A DNA stretch of 64,000 nucleotides from Phoronis australis (Eukaryota; Animalia; Phoronida): assembly GCA_002633005.1 (NCBI GenBank), contig NMRA01000143.1, forward strand, positions 687,402-751,401, in the 5' to 3' direction. Below, piece by piece: positions 60,385 to 64,000 of the stretch. Each line of letters opens with the position of its first letter. Position 1 is the first letter of the stretch. The notes beneath the pieces are model-generated. The model saw only the letters and a list, made by a program, of their open reading frames with translations. It had not been told where the DNA came from and made no database searches. Both the position numbers and the translations under genes were made by a program.

Positions 60385-63077
60385 TTCTTCACAGCACATG
60401 TTACCAATACTGCAGCAACAAAGAAAACCAGGAAACCCAAAACACCGAGTAACGAATACATGAGTAAGGGCGCGTTTGTTTCATTCTTTTTTAACGGAAA
60501 GTGCTTTATGGAAATTCGAAATCCCTCCTTGTTTTGAGCTTTGCACGCTATCGCTCCTGCCTGTTTATTCAACTCGTTCCAGGGAATTTTCATTGTACCC
60601 ATTGTTACTAGCTTTGACAGATTTGAGCTACCTATAAATTCTTTCGTTTCTCCTAATGTCGTAGATATCTTGACACTTGGAGCGGGTTCACCGGTAGACC
60701 AACAAGTAACGATCAACTGTTGGTTATCTTTGATAACGAAACTAATATTGGGTGCAGATGGCTTAAAACAATCAAGAGAAACGTTTAGGAATTCCTCAAT
60801 GGTGACGGTTTGAACAGGCGAACTGCACGCTGGGCTAGAAATTAACGGCAGTCGATCTCTTCCTGACATCAACGTTTGCAGTTTTTTCAGATGGCAGTTG
60901 CAATGCAGAGGGTTGTCATGAATCCAAAATTTGGTGAGGGATGACCGACTTATCATTTCAATAAACGAACTTGGTAATCTCTGAAGTTTATTATTGTCAA
61001 TGAAAATTCGAACGAGATTCATGTTTGATAGCAGACTGTCATCCAAAGCCCTTAAAGCGTTTGATGACAAATAAAGTCGTTTTAGATTGTGGAGATGTTG
61101 GAGCGCTTCCGGTTTAATTTCTTCTATAAGATTATAGTCCAGAAGTAAGATTTCCAAGTTAGTTAAACTAGAAAAAGCTAGCGTGTGTATAGTGCTGACG
61201 TCATTATTGGAAACCCGAAGTACACGAAGCGCATACCAAGATCGAGCAGGGTTCCACCAATTAGAAACTGCCTTTATGTGGTTGTTATTCAAATCTAATT
61301 TTGTTAGAGTTCTTAGATCGCTGAAAGCAAATTCATTAACTTCCCGTATGATATTAAATGATAGGTCAATAAACTCTATCGATCCTAAGTGTTGAAAACA
61401 GTCTCTTGTTACTGCTGAGAGTTTGTTGTTGTCTAGTCTTAAATATTTCAAACTTTTTAAATCGATAAACGCGCCCAGTTGAATGCCAGTTATCCAGTTA
61501 TGATCCAGGTCGAGCTTTGTCAGAAATTCTAAACCTTCAAAAGTTTTGTTGGTCAAGCGGGTTATTTTGTTGTAAGATAACATGAGACGCAGTAAAAGAT
61601 TTGATTGGTCGACAAAGGCACTGTCTTCAAGTCCAGCAACATTATTCTGTGATAAATCAATTATATTTGCATAGAGGTTTTTTAACATACTTCGTGATAA
61701 TATCATTGTTTCATTACCGGTGTAGTTTATGCGAACTTCTTGAGCTCGTACGGAATGTTGAAATGTTGGTTGATCGAACGAAGAGAACTTTACTCGTACA
61801 TGCCTGCTGTACAATTCTGGAACTTGAGACAGCGAGTAGACAAAAATTTCAAAGAATGCCATTTTCTTACAAGAGACGAAGGCGTCTTTTGCTATAATTG
61901 AAAAACGATTAAGGCTGATAAACATGCTGCCCAAATTCGACAAGACTGTGAATGGAGCTGCAGTTTGTTTTCTAATATCATTATTATGAAGGGTTAAGTA
62001 AATTAGCTTCTTCTGTTTGGAAAACGCATTTTTATGAACAATTTTAATGTTGTTATTATGCAAGTGCAATTTTCTGATCGATGGTAAATCGCTGAGCATA
62101 CCTGCTGTGACAGCAGTCAATGTATTATGAGATAGATCCAGAAAGTCAATGGCACCGGCATTTATCCAACCATCTTGAATTTCTGAGATGACGTTGTGAG
62201 ATAAATCTAAGTCACCCACCAGGGGGATGCCGTGAAACACACCTCTGTTTAAGCGCTGGAGTCTGTTGCGGCTTAAAACCAACGTCTCCAATTGTAAAAT
62301 AGGTTGAAACGACGCACGCCCTATGGCATTAATTTTGTTCCCCGAGAGCGTCAACGTTTGCAACTTTATAAGCCCAAAAAACGTGGAGTTGTGAAGTAAT
62401 TCTATTTTGTTGTTCTCTAAGTCCAAGACAACCAACGACGTAAGACGTGCAAATGGGCTTCCAGGCAACGCAGTCAATTCATTCCGCTGCAACTCAAGCA
62501 CCTTCAGTGTAGTCAAACTTTCCAAGTAATTCGTGTCAATAGTATGAATAACGTTCTTTCCCAAACTTAAGCGTGTGGCAGTGTGCTTAGACAGGCAGCA
62601 AGGAATACGCAGAAGGCGATTTCCGTAAAATTGGACGGACTCCAAGGATGGCAGGTACGAGAGACAATTTGCTGGCAAAGACGAGATGTTATTTTCCTTC
62701 ATGTTTAACCCACTTAGACTTGTAAGGCCTTCAAACGCTCTTACTGATACATAAGTTATATCATTTTTCGCCAGATCGAGATATCTCAAATATGTGAGGT
62801 GAACGAATAGCCGGTTTGGAATATCGGTGAGATGGTTTTTATGAAGAAAAATGCTGCGAACACTCGACAAGTTGGTTGTTGGAGTCTCTAAAAAAGCATC
62901 ATGTTCAATGCGACGTATGCCCATGTCACTTAAATTAACCATATACTTGACACCAGTCTTTCTCACGTCGTCTTTCGTTAATGTTGTGGTTGCGCTGTGC
63001 AGATTGAAGGGTTCGCACGAAATCGTTTTGCCACACGTGAAAGCGAGTGCGACTTTAAGCCATAAGGCTACCGCCAT
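60357..63077 (-). CDS. Intronless leucine-rich repeat + LRRCT + Ig-like, single-pass membrane protein (906 aa) with a very short cytoplasmic tail
   Basis: Single ORF. N-terminal hydrophobic signal-like segment, >20 LxxLxLxxNxI/L repeats in two blocks, LRRCT NPLHCNC...CSSP, Ig-like VTCWSTGEPAP...IACKAQN, TM LLMYSLLGVLGFLVFFVAAVLVTCAV, tail KKQSAGVMGS*. Confidence 0.92.
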   Translation of the reverse strand: MAVALWLKVALAFTCGKTISCEPFNLHSATTTLTKDDVRKTGVKYMVNLSDMGIRRIEHDAFLETPTTNLSSVRSIFLHKNHLTDIPNRLFVHLTYLRYLDLAKNDITYVSVRAFEGLTSLSGLNMKENNISSLPANCLSYLPSLESVQFYGNRLLRIPCCLSKHTATRLSLGKNVIHTIDTNYLESLTTLKVLELQRNELTALPGSPFARLTSLVVLDLENNKIELLHNSTFFGLIKLQTLTLSGNKINAIGRASFQPILQLETLVLSRNRLQRLNRGVFHGIPLVGDLDLSHNVISEIQDGWINAGAIDFLDLSHNTLTAVTAGMLSDLPSIRKLHLHNNNIKIVHKNAFSKQKKLIYLTLHNNDIRKQTAAPFTVLSNLGSMFISLNRFSIIAKDAFVSCKKMAFFEIFVYSLSQVPELYSRHVRVKFSSFDQPTFQHSVRAQEVRINYTGNETMILSRSMLKNLYANIIDLSQNNVAGLEDSAFVDQSNLLLRLMLSYNKITRLTNKTFEGLEFLTKLDLDHNWITGIQLGAFIDLKSLKYLRLDNNKLSAVTRDCFQHLGSIEFIDLSFNIIREVNEFAFSDLRTLTKLDLNNNHIKAVSNWWNPARSWYALRVLRVSNNDVSTIHTLAFSSLTNLEILLLDYNLIEEIKPEALQHLHNLKRLYLSSNALRALDDSLLSNMNLVRIFIDNNKLQRLPSSFIEMISRSSLTKFWIHDNPLHCNCHLKKLQTLMSGRDRLPLISSPACSSPVQTVTIEEFLNVSLDCFKPSAPNISFVIKDNQQLIVTCWSTGEPAPSVKISTTLGETKEFIGSSNLSKLVTMGTMKIPWNELNKQAGAIACKAQNKEGFRISIKHFPLKKNETNAPLLMYSLLGVLGFLVFFVAAVLVTCAVKKQSAGVMGS

Positions 63078-63443
63078 CTTCGTTTCGCAGTCTTAGTTAT
63101 AACAATTCCAGAGTGTGTGCGTGTCGTTGACTCGACGCGCTGATAACTGAGAAACACGAACATAATTCCGAAATTTATTTCTTTGCCGTACAGGGTGAGC
63201 TAGGAAGTACACTGGTGCACATGAGGTTTGCAAACGAGACGGTTAAAACACCAGTTTATACCAATTTTTTGTCTATGATACATCACGACGAATCACGATC
63301 TTTGGTCTGCATAAGAAAACCCCCAATTCCATGCGATATCTAACAATAATCGCAGAACAAAGCGATGCCCCTGTGATCTGATGACCGTCTAGCCTACATT
63401 AGTCAAACTTTATTATGTCCATTTAAGACAAACAATGCGTAAC

Positions 63444-63611
63444 CAGGGGCGGATCCATGATTTTGAGTTTTTTTTTGGGGGGGGCAGGGCAACATATTAG
63501 CCAGGACTTTGCCCGTCAGGCATTCGCACCTCCAAACTGCCCAATGGAATCTGGGAGAATTTTAGGGTGGGGGGTATGGCCCCCTTGCCCCCCCCTCTAA
63601 ATCCGCCACTG
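63444..63611. mobile_element. CAGGGGCGGATCC-type MITE (family 2), full copy
   Basis: TIR CAGGGGCGGAT / ATCCGCCACTG with 5-bp TSD GTAAC. Related copies or ends at ~8242, 14157-14369, ~14709, 27376, 29786-29935 and ~42096-42250. Confidence 0.75.
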
Positions 63612-63776
63612 GTAACCAAGAAAAATTGTAAAACAAAGACTCAGCAACTTTCAGACTTCAACAAAGATATTTTTAAAGCAAACCATCTAAATAAAACTAT
63701 TACTGAATTACGATAAGTCATTCCCCATTAATATAGACATCGACCTGCACGGTAAAACACCTAGGAACCATTTAAC

Positions 63777-63932
63777 CGGGCATGCGTTCAGTAGCGCTAG
63801 GACCTACGCTAGGACCTAGCTAAAATGTAGCCAAAATCACGTGTTCTCATTGAAAATGCACGGCAATATCTCACGTAATCTCGCGAAGTCTTGCTTTATA
63901 GGGAGGTCCTAGCGTTACTGAACGGGAGGCGG
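63777..63932. mobile_element. MITE family 1, copy 3
   Basis: Co-linear with 38534-38690. Confidence 0.8.
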
Positions 63933-64000
63933 GTTTGACGAGATCCCGCAGGTCATCGTGAAACATTTTCACGCATCACTGTACAAAATCCCCGTGGACT

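Overview
Eukaryotic (animal, probably marine lophotrochozoan such as a mollusc, brachiopod or nemertean; inferred) genomic DNA from a draft assembly with N gaps. Six spliced or intronless protein-coding genes were reconstructed by hand. (A) The 3' part of a VWC-repeat protein gene with Gly/Thr linkers (+, <1-10142). (B) A complete, shorter tandem paralog with its own signal-peptide exon and one VWC module missing (+, 18286-28602, 328 aa). (C) COX5A (-, 152 aa), arranged head-to-head with (D) JTB (+, 158/170 aa) on a compact bidirectional promoter. (E) A rhodopsin-like peptide GPCR (-, 421 aa). (F) An intronless LRR-LRRCT-Ig-TM protein with a ~10-aa tail (-, 906 aa). Intergenic and intronic DNA holds many MITE/foldback elements, tRNA-derived SINE heads, a decayed LINE 3' end, a mini THAP transposon with AT TSD, minisatellites and a probably allelic 1.4-kb duplication across a gap. 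The most notable observations are the modular re-engineering of the VWC gene pair, repeated local duplications anchored on splice sites, and a possible dual-start JTB. All identifications come from manual reading; no database searches were run.
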